Assembly (NCBI GenBank): GCA_965240325.2
Contig: OZ251226.1
Coordinates: 3,038,001 to 3,102,000, forward strand
Reading direction: 5' to 3'
Length of the DNA: 64,000 nucleotides
Source: Rebecca billardiae RCC1528
Taxonomy: Eukaryota; Protista; Haptophyta
Shown: positions 12,403-23,900 of the stretch, one piece after another
Position numbering within the stretch: the first letter of the stretch is position 1
How the letters are laid out: each line of letters opens with the position of its first letter
Notes under the pieces: generated by a model
The model's input: the letters and a program-made list of their open reading frames with translations, nothing else
What the model was told of the DNA's origin: nothing
Database searches by the model: none
Made by a program: the position numbers and the translations under genes

Positions 12403-12734
12403 TCCAAACTGTCACTGAGTCAGACGATATAGGCGGATTCTCTGCTAGCATCAGGACAGTGTATCATGCTGAATGCTGATGATATACATCATTAATTTTA
12501 TAATTTTCTATATACATGACCGCGTTCCGCGGTCCTTTTCCGTAGAACGAACGTAGTTCGGGGCCCGCGGTGGCGGTGCACCCTCCGTCGCAGTCGTCCC
12601 GTACACGTGTAACTAGACTCCATCCAGCGGCGCGCCGCCCCAGCGCCGCGCCGCCGCCGGCGTGCGCCGAGTGTGGATGTCGGTCGTCGGCCGAGCTGCC
12701 CTCATCACAGACGGCCCTTACCTGACCCCCTGCG

Positions 12735-13250
12735 CGTGCGCGACGGCCGACAGGCGGATGCGACTCGGCGTGATCGACGCACGAGCGCGACTCTTGCACG
12801 CCAGGCCACCGGCGGAGCTGACTGACAGCCAGGGAGCCGGACGGCGCGGGACCGCGCGGATTCGACCGTTCGTTCGGGCCTGCCGCTGACCGTCGTCGCC
12901 GCGACGCCAGCAGCGCAGGAGTAGATGATCTGCAGGTCAGTAGGGTTCGACCTGCGCGCCTGCGCGACGGCCGACAGGCGGGCGCGAGGCGTGAGCGACG
13001 CATGAGCGCGACTCTACGTGCACACCAGGCACCACGCGGCCGAGCTGACTGACCGCGAGCCAGGGAGCACGGTGCGAGCAGCCATGCAGCACCGGTGCTT
13101 GCGCGCGCCGCGCGTGCACGGGGTGACACACCTCGGTCAGGCTCGGCACGCGTCGCAGAGGCACGGCCAGCTCTGGGCACGCCAGGCGCCCAGGCCACGC
13201 GGAGCTGACAGCCACGGGGAGCCGACGGCGCGCGGGGCCGCGGCCAGTTC
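12735..13250. repeat. Degenerate tandem repeat, about 3 units of roughly 160-230 bp
   Basis: CGCGACGGCCGACAGGCGG at ~12740 and ~12963. GAGCTGAC(TGAC)..AGCCA(C)GGG(G)AGC at ~12814, ~13042 and ~13202. Confidence 0.7.
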
Positions 13251-14169
13251 CGAGTTCGACTTGCGCCTGCTCTGAAGAAGAGTTCTGGGAGACCCTGGCG
13301 GAGAGGCATGGCAAGGGGGGCGTGTGGTGAAGTCGGAGACTCCGAGATCGATCAGTCCGGCATCATGCGCCGCTGCCCCCGAGCTTGCGAGAGCCCGAAC
13401 ACAGGGCGGCGGCTGCGGCGGCGGCGGCGCGGCCGCGCGCCGGCCGGCCGCGCAGGCATCGACAGGGCGCGGCAGGGGCGTGCGGAGTGACTAGTGAGCG
13501 GGCACGAACGCGATGTCGACGGCCGTCGGGACCCGCCGCAGACGCGCGCTCCAGGCGCCACTCGGCACTTGCCACGCGCACCTGCCCATCGAGCGCCCCC
13601 TTGCGGACCAACCAAGAGTCGTCGAGGCTCGCTCGCCACCCCAGCAGAAGAAACCTGCACAGCACGTCGTCCTTGCGACGACGGCAGGTTTTGAGCTCGC
13701 CAGCTCGGTAAGTCAGTGACTATGGAATGGGCTGGCAACGAATAGCTGCGCGGGTATTTTCAATAAGGCTTGCGGGTTTTAGACTCTAGATACCAACCGC
13801 CGCGAAGCCAAGTTCATATTCATCAAGGCGGAGGCAAACTATCACACATGAACGAGAGTCTACCCACAAAATCGCGCTCGTAACGAACCGTTACGTTAAT
13901 GTCACGTCCAGCTGACGTCCAGATCGCACTTTACTTAAGGGAATGAGCTGGACGCGCTTATTTTCGGCCTAATAGACCTCTCTATGCGATCTCAAAAACT
14001 CGAAACTCGGTCTCCGCCAGCCCTAAAAATCGCCCCCCGTCCCTTTTTTCTTGATCAAAGATCTTTTTGAAACGTGGTTCGGGCCCGCTGGTGCGGGCTC
14101 CACGCTGCGCGCTCCGCCCTGCACCGCGGGCCATGAAAATAATATATATAATAATATATATATATATTA

Positions 14170-14580
14170 ACGACGTGGTATGCAACGGGCAGGCGTCAGA
14201 GTCAGCAAGCTGTAGCAGCAGATCGAGCAGCAGAGACAAACACCACTCACCAGGATCAGCGCTCCTCGCCGTCGTCCCCCCCCCTCGTAGTCGCCCATCA
14301 CTCCATCGCCGAGCGGAAGCTCGACGCACCGTCTGGCGTCGACGCGCGCGCGCCACCGCGGTGGTCGCGGTGCCACGCGTCGTCAGCCGTCGTCTCGAAG
14401 TAGTCGTCGTATGCAGCGCCCCCGCGGGCGCGTGCCCCCGGGCGCACGTGCGCCATGCGCGCGCGGGCGATGAGCATCTTGGCCTGGCCACGCAGGCAGC
14501 GCATGCCCAGCTCGCGCCGCATGGTGCCGAGCAGCGCGCGCTCGGCGGCGGGGCGCGAGGGCTCGCTGAGGCGCGCGTAT
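14170..14580 (-). mobile_element. Possible 5'-truncated non-LTR retrotransposon end embedded in an AT island
   Basis: Short coding-like stretch (ERALLGTMRRELGMRCLRGQAKMLIARAR...) with no promoter-side exon, followed by a UTR-like segment and a TA-rich tail. AT-rich sequence flanks both sides. The resemblance to the C-terminal helix of RLE-type LINEs is judged by eye only. Confidence 0.35.
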
Positions 14581-14723
14581 ACATTATTATTTCATAAATA
14601 TCGCGCGTCGTCGTCGTCTATTTATTAGAGAGACAGAGATATATATAGATCGTCGGAAAAATAAAATGACGACCGAGCTCCGATGACGATTCAATGTGAT
14701 GCGCTGCTCACTGGCACTCAGTG

Positions 14724-16298
14724 CTACTCCGACTCCAAGTCCTGCAGCTCTTGAACCTGATCTGCTTCCGCCACAGCCGCAGGTCTGCTGGCGGCAATGC
14801 CTGATGATGCAGAGGTAGCCGGCGCGACGGCTGCGCCGGGCACTGGCGGGACGACGGACTTGTGCTCCGGCGCCGGCTTGGCCCCGCCCGGTCCTGTGCT
14901 GCTCGTTTTGGTCGTCTCCATGCGGTCTCGCCGGATGCCGCCTGAGGTGACCAGCTCCGACGAGACGAGGCTGCGCTTTTTCAGCACAGAGTCCCGCTCC
15001 GTGCTGGTTCGGGAGACCCTCGCACGCATCACAAACGAGCCCGAGCCCGGGGCTCCGCCGCTCTGGGGCGTGTCGAGCCCCCCGCCGCTGGGAGTATCGC
15101 CGAACTCGCCCCCGCGGATGTCCTGCACCTCGTCGGGCAGCGGCTCCTCGGCGCTAGCGGCCCCCGCCGCCTTGGAGTCGCCCTGCGCAGCCGCCGGGTG
15201 GTCGCTCGCGACTGCGGCGGCATCGTGCGGCTCGTCGGCTGCCTTGTCCCCGCCGGCCAGCGCTGCGATGATGGAGCCGACGCGCGATTTCTGGCGCGGC
15301 GGCGCGGCCTTCGCAGAGCCGGTGCTGGCGACGAGGACGTTCGACGAGCCACGGCGGAGCGAGGCGCGGCGCGGCGCCTCGGCGCGCCGCTTGCTGAGCT
15401 TGAGGAAGATTGCAGAGGCGTCGTCGTCTTCCGCATTCTTCTCGCGGATGCCCTGCATGAGCACCTTCATGAACCAGCTGACCCCCGTCGTCGGCTTGCG
15501 GCTCAGCGCCACCCAGCGCGACACCGCGCCGAGGTCGACGAAGTCCCACAGCCCGTCGGACGCGAGCAGCAGCTGCGCGCCCGCCTCCGGGTACGGGAGC
15601 ACGCACACGTCGGGCGTGGGGATGACGGCCGCGGAGGAGTCCGAGTCGCCGAGCGAGCGCGTGACCATGAGCCCGCCCGGGAACAGCCGCAGCGGGCCGA
15701 TGGGCGTCTTGCCATCTGTGGCCGTCGCGCGCGCAAAGGTGGCGCCGTGCGCCTCGCACCGCTTGCGCTCCTCCTCAGAGCAATGCGCGGCGCGGTGCTC
15801 CGCGGTGACTTTCTGCGCGGGCTCGGCGTGGTCCGCCGGGAAGAGATAGGCGGCCGAGTCCCCCACGTTCGCCACCACCACGTGCTCCTCGCTGAGGAGC
15901 ACCACCGTCGCCGTCGTCCCCTGGCCATGGCCAAGCTCGGCGAGCTCGGTGTCGAGCTGCTCAAACGCAGCGCGGCACGCGAGCGTCATGCGCTCCTCTA
16001 CGGTGCCCGTCGTCTTTTCGAACGCGCTGACGATCCGGTCGACCATGTGCTCGGCGCAGTACGCCGCCGCGAGCGGGCCGCCATGCCCGTCGAATACGGA
16101 GTGGCACTCGACGAGGGTGTCGGCGAGCGTGAGGACCGAGCTGCTCAGCGCGTCCTCGCCTTTGACCCTGAACTGGCCCCAGACGTTTGTGACGCGAATG
16201 CGAGAGCCACTGCTCGGCGCGAGCGAGCCCCGCCGGACCGAGGTGCTGCTCCTTCGGGAGTCGCCGCTGGTACGCGCCTGCGAGCAGGCGCTGCCCAT
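14724..16298 (-). CDS. PP2C/PPM-family Ser/Thr phosphatase with a putative N-myristoylation/palmitoylation signal
   Basis: KGED, VFDGHGG, GTTATVV, VANVGDS, LMVTRSLGD, LLLASDGLWD and DDD motifs. N-terminus MGSACS. Intronless. Confidence 0.93.
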   Translation of the reverse strand: MGSACSQARTSGDSRRSSTSVRRGSLAPSSGSRIRVTNVWGQFRVKGEDALSSSVLTLADTLVECHSVFDGHGGPLAAAYCAEHMVDRIVSAFEKTTGTVEERMTLACRAAFEQLDTELAELGHGQGTTATVVLLSEEHVVVANVGDSAAYLFPADHAEPAQKVTAEHRAAHCSEEERKRCEAHGATFARATATDGKTPIGPLRLFPGGLMVTRSLGDSDSSAAVIPTPDVCVLPYPEAGAQLLLASDGLWDFVDLGAVSRWVALSRKPTTGVSWFMKVLMQGIREKNAEDDDASAIFLKLSKRRAEAPRRASLRRGSSNVLVASTGSAKAAPPRQKSRVGSIIAALAGGDKAADEPHDAAAVASDHPAAAQGDSKAAGAASAEEPLPDEVQDIRGGEFGDTPSGGGLDTPQSGGAPGSGSFVMRARVSRTSTERDSVLKKRSLVSSELVTSGGIRRDRMETTKTSSTGPGGAKPAPEHKSVVPPVPGAAVAPATSASSGIAASRPAAVAEADQVQELQDLESE

Positions 16299-16424
16299 CT
16301 CGTGCGCGCCGCGGGGGAGCCCGCCGGAGAGCCTCGCGTGCCCGTGCGGTTACTGCACCTCGTCAAGATTGTAGTCAGTAGGAGCAAAGGAATCACTGGG
16401 GAGCGTCGTCTGTTCATCCCGACT

Positions 16425-17479
16425 GAGGCCGCTCGAGCGACTTTCGTGTCTGGCGAGGCAGATCGCGCCAGTGCGTGGCGAGGCAGACGCTCGCCTGCCT
16501 CGCCGCTTGGCGAGGCAGCTAAGCTAGTAAAGCCGCGGCCGAACTTTACGAAAGCCAAATGTCTGCCGGTGCGCCGCCCGTCTTTTGCGCACGGTGACAA
16601 GGGCGCGCGAGGGCGCTTCCTCACGATCCCGAAGAGCGCTGCGCGCGGCGTCGCGTTGGCGGCGGCAGCGGCGCTGGGGTGTATCTTGCCCATTCTGCGT
16701 GGCGGCGCGCTCTCATGACGCCTCGGCCGCCGCCACGCCATGCGCGACCGGGCGTGTCGCCTTCTTGACGGGCAGTGCACACGCCCTTGCAAGCGCACAG
16801 CCGTGAAGAGCCGAGAGCGTCCGTCGCGAGCACGCCGCCCACGCGGGATGCGTTATGCTGTCACCGAAGCCACCTTGCGCATGCGCTTCGCCGAGTTCGC
16901 CATGCGTTCAGAGCAGTCAAGATCGCTGAACGAGAGGATGTCATCGGCTGAAATGCAGGTTAGCAGTGCTCATCGTAGCTGCTACCCATGGTCATCCTGG
17001 CTCGCACATGCCAGAGCGCGAGCACCCAGTGTCATACGAATAGCCCTGGCAACGCATCCCGCGTGGGCGGCGTGCTCGCGACGGACGCTCTCGGCTCTTC
17101 ACGGCTGTGCGCTTGCAAGGGCGTGTGCACTGCCCGTCAAGAAGGCGACACGCCCGGTCGCGCATGGCGTGGCGGCGGCCGAGGCGTCATGAGAGCACGC
17201 CGCCACGCAGAATGGGCAAGATACACCCCAGCGCCGCTGCCGCCGCCAACGCTACGCCGCGCGCAGCGCTCTTCGGGATCGTGAGGAAGCGCCCTCGCGC
17301 GCCCTTGTCACCGTGCGCAAAAGACGGGCGGCGCACCGGCAGACATTTGGCTTTCGTAAAGTTCGGCCGCGGCTTTACTAGCTTAGCTGCCTCGCCAAGC
17401 GGCGAGGCAGGCGAGCGTCTGCCTCGCCACGCACTGGCGCGATCTGCCTCGCCAGACACGAAGTCGCTCGAGTGGCCTC
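16425..17479. mobile_element. Foldback/long-TIR non-autonomous DNA transposon (1055 bp) with 5-bp TSD CGACT
   Basis: Arms 16425-16854 and 17051-17479 are reverse complements with only about 4 differences that I could see. Spacer is 196 bp. CGACT lies at 16420-16424 and 17480-17484. Termini are GAG...CTC, with three subterminal TGGCGAGGCAG copies per arm. Confidence 0.92.
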
Positions 17480-17788
17480 CGACTTGACGAACGCCCAACA
17501 CATGCACGAGATATGATTATCAGGTGCTGGGACGATTTGCGCGGGTAAGACGTCATTATTCGCGTCCCGCGGGGAATCTCATAATGGGCATTCGCACCTC
17601 GGCACCTAAACCATACGAGAAGCTCTCCAACGAGTCTGAATGGCGAACCACATTGTGAGTCGTCCCTGCTCTCAGGTTTGCTTCCACTCCATCGGAGACC
17701 TATGTGCACTTGCGTCAACCGTCGTATGGATGAGATACTATCATATGCGCATGCTTATTCAGTTCTTCACCGTTGATGGATGCTCAGT

Positions 17789-17917
17789 TCACATGCCGCT
17801 GTCAACGACGCTGGATCGGAGCAGCGCGCCCAGCCACACCGACGCCTCGGCATGCACGTCGTGCACGCCCAGCTCCGCGTCGAACAGCTTCTCGAGCAGC
17901 GCCACCGCCTCGCCCGT

Positions 17918-17957
<40 letters not shown>

Positions 17958-20900
17958 TGGTCGTCCTCCGCCTCGTCCTCGGCGGCCGGGGCGGCCGGGG
18001 GCGGGCGCTCGAGGCCGAAGAGCTCCTCCACCTCGCGCATGCACGCCGCATACGTCTCCGCGTCCTCCCCCTCAAGCTGCACGCCCGCGAGCTCGGGCTC
18101 GGCGAGCGGCGCGCTCGACGCGCCGTTGGCGAGCGCGCGCGCCTCGGCGACCGAGTAGCGCAGCGCGCGCAGCCGCGCGCACACGCCGCCCACGGCGGTG
18201 CGCATCAGCGCGCGGCGGCCGAGGAAGGGCGGCCGGTCGTCGCCCGCCGGCGAGACGAGGAAGATCATCGACGTCTGCGCGGTGTGCGGCACCTGCGCGC
18301 ACCACGGCGCGGTCGGCACGGCGGGCGCGAGGGCGCGCGGCGATGAGGCGCGGCGCGGCGCGCGCGCGCGGCGGGCGCGCGGCGGGCGGCAGCGCGCGGC
18401 GGTGCGCACGCGGCGGCTCTCACCTGCGAGTACCACTGCACGCACACCGTGCCGGGCGCGAGCTCGAGCGCCGCCGGCGTCATCTCGTCGGGCGGCGGCG
18501 GCGGCTGCAGCACGCACCGAGCGGCGTACTGCGGGCACGCGGCCGCGAGGTGGAGGTGGACGCCCTCCGCACACTCGGCGGCCTGGCACGCGTCGCGCTC
18601 GAAGGCGAGCGCGGTGCGCTCGCGCAGCATCGCGACGTAGCGCAGCACGACCGCGCGCGTCTCGACGTGCGGCACGGCCTCGGCGGGCTCGGCGGCGGCG
18701 GCGGCGCCGCCCTTGGCCGCCGCCGCGTCCGCCGACTGCGGCGGTGCGTGCGCGCGGCACGGGGCGCACGGGGCGGCGCGTGAGTGACAGGCAAGCCCCC
18801 AGCGCCTCCGCGCGGCGCGGCGCGTGTCGCCAGTCCGCGCGAGTCGTCCGTGTCGCGCGCGCGCGCGCGCGCGCACCTTCTTGCCCGCCTTCTCCTCCTC
18901 GACCACCGCGCTCGCGAGCACCTCACCGCGCGCAGCCGCGGCCACGGCCGCGGCCTCGTGGATGGCGATGGCGACAGCGGGCGGCACGGGCGGCGCGCCC
19001 GCCCCCGGGTCGGAGCTCAGCTCGGCGAGTGCGGACGGCAGCGCCTGCGCGGCGCGCGCGCGCGGAGGCGGCGCGGGGTGAGCGGGGCGCGCGCGGCTCG
19101 GCTCGGATCGGCCGGGCTCGGCTGGGCCGCGCAGCCAGTGCGCGCGCGGCCCGCTCGCGCCGCGCGCCGCGCTCGGACACACACCCGGAAGAGAGCGTTG
19201 CGCTTGGCAGCCGCCGCCGCCGCCGCCTGCAGGTAGTGCGCCGCGCGCACGAGGTGCAGCCCCTCCGCGCCCTCCGTGTGCTTTGCGCCTGCGCGCGCGC
19301 GGCGCGGTGCGTGCGCGCGTGGGTGAGCCAAGGTGGCGGGTGCGCGCGCGCGCGCTCGGCGAGGCGAGGGCGCGCACCGTGCAGCAGGCTGAGCTCAATG
19401 CACGCGTCGCGCGCGGCGCTCAGGTCATGGGTGCCACGCCCGACCGAGTGGGCGAGTGCGCTGCCCAGCAGCTCGGCGGCCGCGCGCGCCGTGTCGGTCG
19501 GGACCAGCTGCCAGCGCACGAAGGGCGGCGCGGCCGCGCTGCTCGGCGGCACGAGGGAGATGGGCGCGCCCTCCTCCGCCGCCGCGCCGCCGCCGTCCGC
19601 GCCCTTCCCCGCCTCGCCCTCCGCGCCGAGCGGCCTCGCCTGCGCCGCCTGCGCCGCCCGCTCCGCGCGCTCCTGCCGCTCCCACGCCTCCGCGCCCAGC
19701 AGGTCGTCCATGCGCAGCGCGCCGCCCCACGGCCGCTCGGAGGAAGGCTCGGGTTGCTGCGGCGCGGGCGCGGCAGCCGCGCCGTCCGCGCCGTCGGTGC
19801 CGGGCGCCATCGCCTGCGCCTGCTGCTGCGCGCCCGCGTGCTCGACGACGAGCGCGCGCGCGCCCGCGCTCGGCGCGCGCGCGCGCTCCTCGAGCGCCTC
19901 TCTGCGCAGCCGGCCGAGCTCGAGCTGCACGGCGGCGGCGAGCTCCGGGCGCGGCTGCAGCAGCTGCGGCAGCAGGAAGAGCGCCTCCTGCAGCGCCTCC
20001 CTCGCCGCCTCGCGCATCCCCGCGCGCGCGCGCGCGCGGCCGAGCGCGAGGCACGCGCGCGTCCACGCGTGCGTGGTTGGCATGTACAGGTTGTGCAGCG
20101 CGGGCACGGCGAGGACGGCGAGGGCCGGCTCGGGGCAGGCGCTGTACCGGCCGGAGGCGTCCCAGCCCGCCTGCTCGAGCACGGGCCAGTGCTCGTGCCG
20201 CACGAAGCCCAGCTCCGCGCTCGCGCGCTCGAGCAGCGCCACGGCGAGCGCGCCGTGCTCGGCCGCGCGCCGCGCGCCCTCCGCGCCTCCATCGGGCAGC
20301 AGCAGTGTCAGCTCGGCCGCGTGCAGCGACATCTGTGCGCGCGCGTCGAGCGGGTACGCGGTGGCGGACGCCTCGTCGATCAGCTCGGCGAGCTCGCGCA
20401 GCGCGGCCTCGGGCTGCCCGTCCAGCGCGGCGCGCACCGCGCCCACGTGCCGCAGCCGCAGCCGCGCGGGCGTGTGTCCCACCTGCGCGGCCTCGGACAC
20501 GCCCAGCTCGACCGCGGCCGCGCACCGGCCGAGCTGCCGCTGCGAGAGCGCGCACTCGGCCTGCGCGACGCGCCAGCGCAGCCACGCGGACGCGCCGACG
20601 TGCGGCGGGCCGAGCGGCGCGCCCGCCGCCTTCGCCTCCTCCGCGCTCGTCTCCGCCGCCACCGCCGCGTGCTCGGCGGCCATGCTGAAGAGCTGCTCGA
20701 GCGTGCCCAGCGCCGCGCTGTGCCGGCCGCGCAGCGCATGCAGCCGCGCGCGCAGACCGAGCGCGTCCGCCGCGAGCTCGAGGGTGAGCGCCGAGTGGGC
20801 GAGCGCGGTGTCGGGCTCGGCGTCGGCCTCCGCCGTCGCGCCCAGGCTGGGCACGCGCCGCGCGCCCTGCGACGGCGTCCCGCGCGACTGGCTCGACGCG

Positions 20901-23900
20901 CGGCGCGCCGAGCCCGCCGCCGACGGGCGGCGCTTGCCGCCGCCCGCGTCGGCGCCGCCGCGCGAGCTCGGCCGCGAGCCGCCGGCGGAGAGGCGGCCGC
21001 CGGGCGAGCTGACGGAGGAGCGGTGGCGCGCGAGCCTGCCGAGCGGCACGCGCACGCTCGGCGCCGCCGCGTCGAGCAGCGCGCCGATGTGCCGCGCCAC
21101 GCCGTCGAGCAGCTCGGCGCGCGAGACGCCCTCCGCGCCCGCGTCGGCGGCGGCTGCGCCGTCGCCCGTCGACGAGCGCCGCGGCTTGGCGGCGCCGGCG
21201 GCGCTGGCGGTGCTCAGCCGCCCCTTGGCGCCGCCCGCCGGCGGCGCGGCCGCGCTGCCCGGCGCGCGCGCGTCCTGCCGCGCGCCCAGCGCGAGCAGCA
21301 GCTCCACGCGGCACACGCCCACGCGGCTGGAGCAGTATGCGCCGTAGCGCGCGGCCGCGTGCGCAGGCAGCGGCTCAGAGAGCAGAGCGGCGACAGCCGG
21401 CGCGTTGCGCGGGTCGGTGGGCGGCAGGTGCGCGTGGAGGCGCGGCGGCGGCGCGGCGCCGTCCGCGCCGAGGCCCGCGCCCGCCACCTCCGCGTGCGCG
21501 TCCGCCACGCCCGTCGCCGACGGCGGCAGCCTGCTCGCGCGCGTGAGCGAGAAGAAGATCGCCGCCGCCGCGTCCAGCCGGCCGGCGAGCGTCGCGGCGC
21601 GCGCGCGCAGCGTGCGCGCGTGCGCGACGCGCGCGGCGTCGAGGCACGCGGCGGCGGCGACGTGCTCGTAGAGCGCGATGCACGGCATCGCCTCGAGCGC
21701 GCGCCCGCCGTCGCACAGCGCCTCCGCGCACACCGCGCACGCGCCCATCGCCTCCTCCTCCGACCAGGGCGAGTCGCCGCCGAACAGCGGCGCGCCTGGC
21801 AGCACGTCCGCGGGCGCGTACTCGGCAAAGTCGCACGCGCGCTGCGGGTGGGTGAGCGAGGCGGAGAAGATGGCGAGGACGAGCGCGCCGGCGAAGCGCG
21901 CGTGGTTCAGCCGGTCGCCCTGCTCGTCGTGCAGCGCGTGCCGCACCAGCCGGCCGAGCAGCACGAGGCCGCGCGCGCACGCCCACACGCCATGCGCGCT
22001 CAGCATCCCGCCCGCGCCGTCCGCATTCGCCACGATGCCCTCCCAGTAGTCGGCGGCGTGCAGCGCGAAGAAGCACGCGTCGACGGCGTCGGACCAGAGC
22101 TCGCGCGCGCGGCCCACGCTGCCCAGCGCGAACGCCAGCTCCGCCGCCTCGTGCAGCGCGTCCACGAGCAGCATGCGCTCGCCCTTGCGCCGGCACAGCT
22201 CGGCCGCGGACGCGTACGCCCGCATCGCCGCCGCCGCCGTCACGACGTCCGCCGCGCTCTCCTCGGCCTCGTCGCCGACGAGCGGGCGGATCGAGTCGGC
22301 GTTGGGCAGCACCGCCGGCTTCGCCACCTCCGCCGCGCCCGACGGCGTGCGCGGCTCGACGCCGCCCCGCTCCGCCAGCTCGCGCGCGGCGCGCAGCGCG
22401 CGCGCGCACTGGTTGAGATCACGCGCCGCGTTGGCGAGCGCGCGCCGCTCGTCCGGGGCGGCGTCGCCGACAAAGCGCGGGCCGGCGATCTTGACGCGCG
22501 CGTTGACGACGTGCGGCAGCACGCGCTCGGCCAGCCGCCCCGCGAACAGCCCGTGCGCGCCCAGCGCGAGCTCGAGCAGCCGGTGGAACAGCCCGGCGTC
22601 CGCCAGCGCCGTGCACGTCGCCAGGCAGAGGTTGGCCGCCCACGCCCAGTCGAGCTCCGAGCGCCCCTCGAACCACGCGTCGGCGGCGCCGGCGACGGAG
22701 GTGGCGGAGAGCGCGGCGTCGGCGTCGTCCGGCGCGCGCGGCGCGAGGCCGAGCCGCACGCGGTACGGCGCGCGCTCGTCCAGCGTGCCGCCCGCGCGCA
22801 GCGCGCCGAGCAGCTCGAGCAGCCGCTCGCACACGCGCAGCAGCGGCCGCGCGGCGAGCGCGCGCGCGACGCCCGCTGCCGTCGGCGGCCGCGCCGAGGC
22901 GCCGGGCGGGATGGCGGCCTCGAGGACGGGCGGCGGCGCGTGCAGCAGCGGCCACAGCGCGTTCCACACCAGCGCCGCCGCGCGCGTCGCGAGCGCGTGG
23001 CACTCGGCGCGCGCGCCCAGCACCGCCGCGCGCGCAAAGTCCGCCGCCACGTCCGCGCACGCGCGCATGCGCGGCGCGAGCGCCGGCGGCGCCGGGCCGC
23101 TGTCGGGTGGCGCCGAGGGCGCGTCGGCGGCGGGGTCGGCGGCGGGGTCGGGCGCGTCGGGCGCCGCCGCGTCCATCGCCTCGATCTCCGCGTCCGAGCG
23201 CGCGTGCAGGCACACCGCGCGCAGCAGCCGCAGCTGCGCCAGCCACGGCAGGTCGAGCTGGTACGCGGCGCGCGCCGCGTCGCGCCGCGCGCGCATCGCC
23301 GCGCGGTGCGAGAGAAGCCGAACGATCTTGGACGCGGCGGCGAGCTGCTCGGGCGGCGGGCCGGAGGGCGCGGCGGCGGGGTCGGCGGCGCCCGGCTTCG
23401 ACTTGCCGCCGCCGCCGCCGCCGCCGCCCGCCTTCCCCTTCTTGCCCCCCGCCTTGGCGCTGCCGCCGCGCGCGGGCGCCGAGCCCTCCGAGGCGGGCGG
23501 CGCTGGCGGGTGCCACTCCGCTGTGCTCGGGTAGGCGTGTCGAGCGCGCGCCTTGGTGAGCGCCGCGTCGATGCGCGCGAGGAGCGGGCGCACGTCGCCC
23601 GACGCGAGCTCCGCCGCCCGCGCCGCGTCCTTACCCGCGTCGCCCTTCGACTTGCGCCGCGCCGCCGCGCCGCCGGCCGCGCCGCCGCCGCCGCCGCCGG
23701 CCGGCTCGGCGGCGGCGCCGCCGCCGGCCGGCGCGCGCGCGGCCGCCAGGCCGCGCTCGCGCGCGCGCAGCGCGGCGGCGCAGAGCCGCGCGGCGAGCTC
23801 CACGTACCGCGGCTCCGCGCCGACGTGTCGCTCGCCCTCGCCGTGCAGCGCGTCCCACCCCACCTCGACCTGCCCCGCGCGCGCCGCGCCCAGCACCTTG

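Noticed and set aside
12519-12550. Helitron 3' end (GACCGCG-TTC-CGCGGTC hairpin)
   Set aside because: No CTRR terminus at the expected distance.
16145-17507. Duplicated ORFs on opposite strands (MRLQGRVHCPS...)
   Set aside because: By-products of the long inverted repeat; no transposase motifs.
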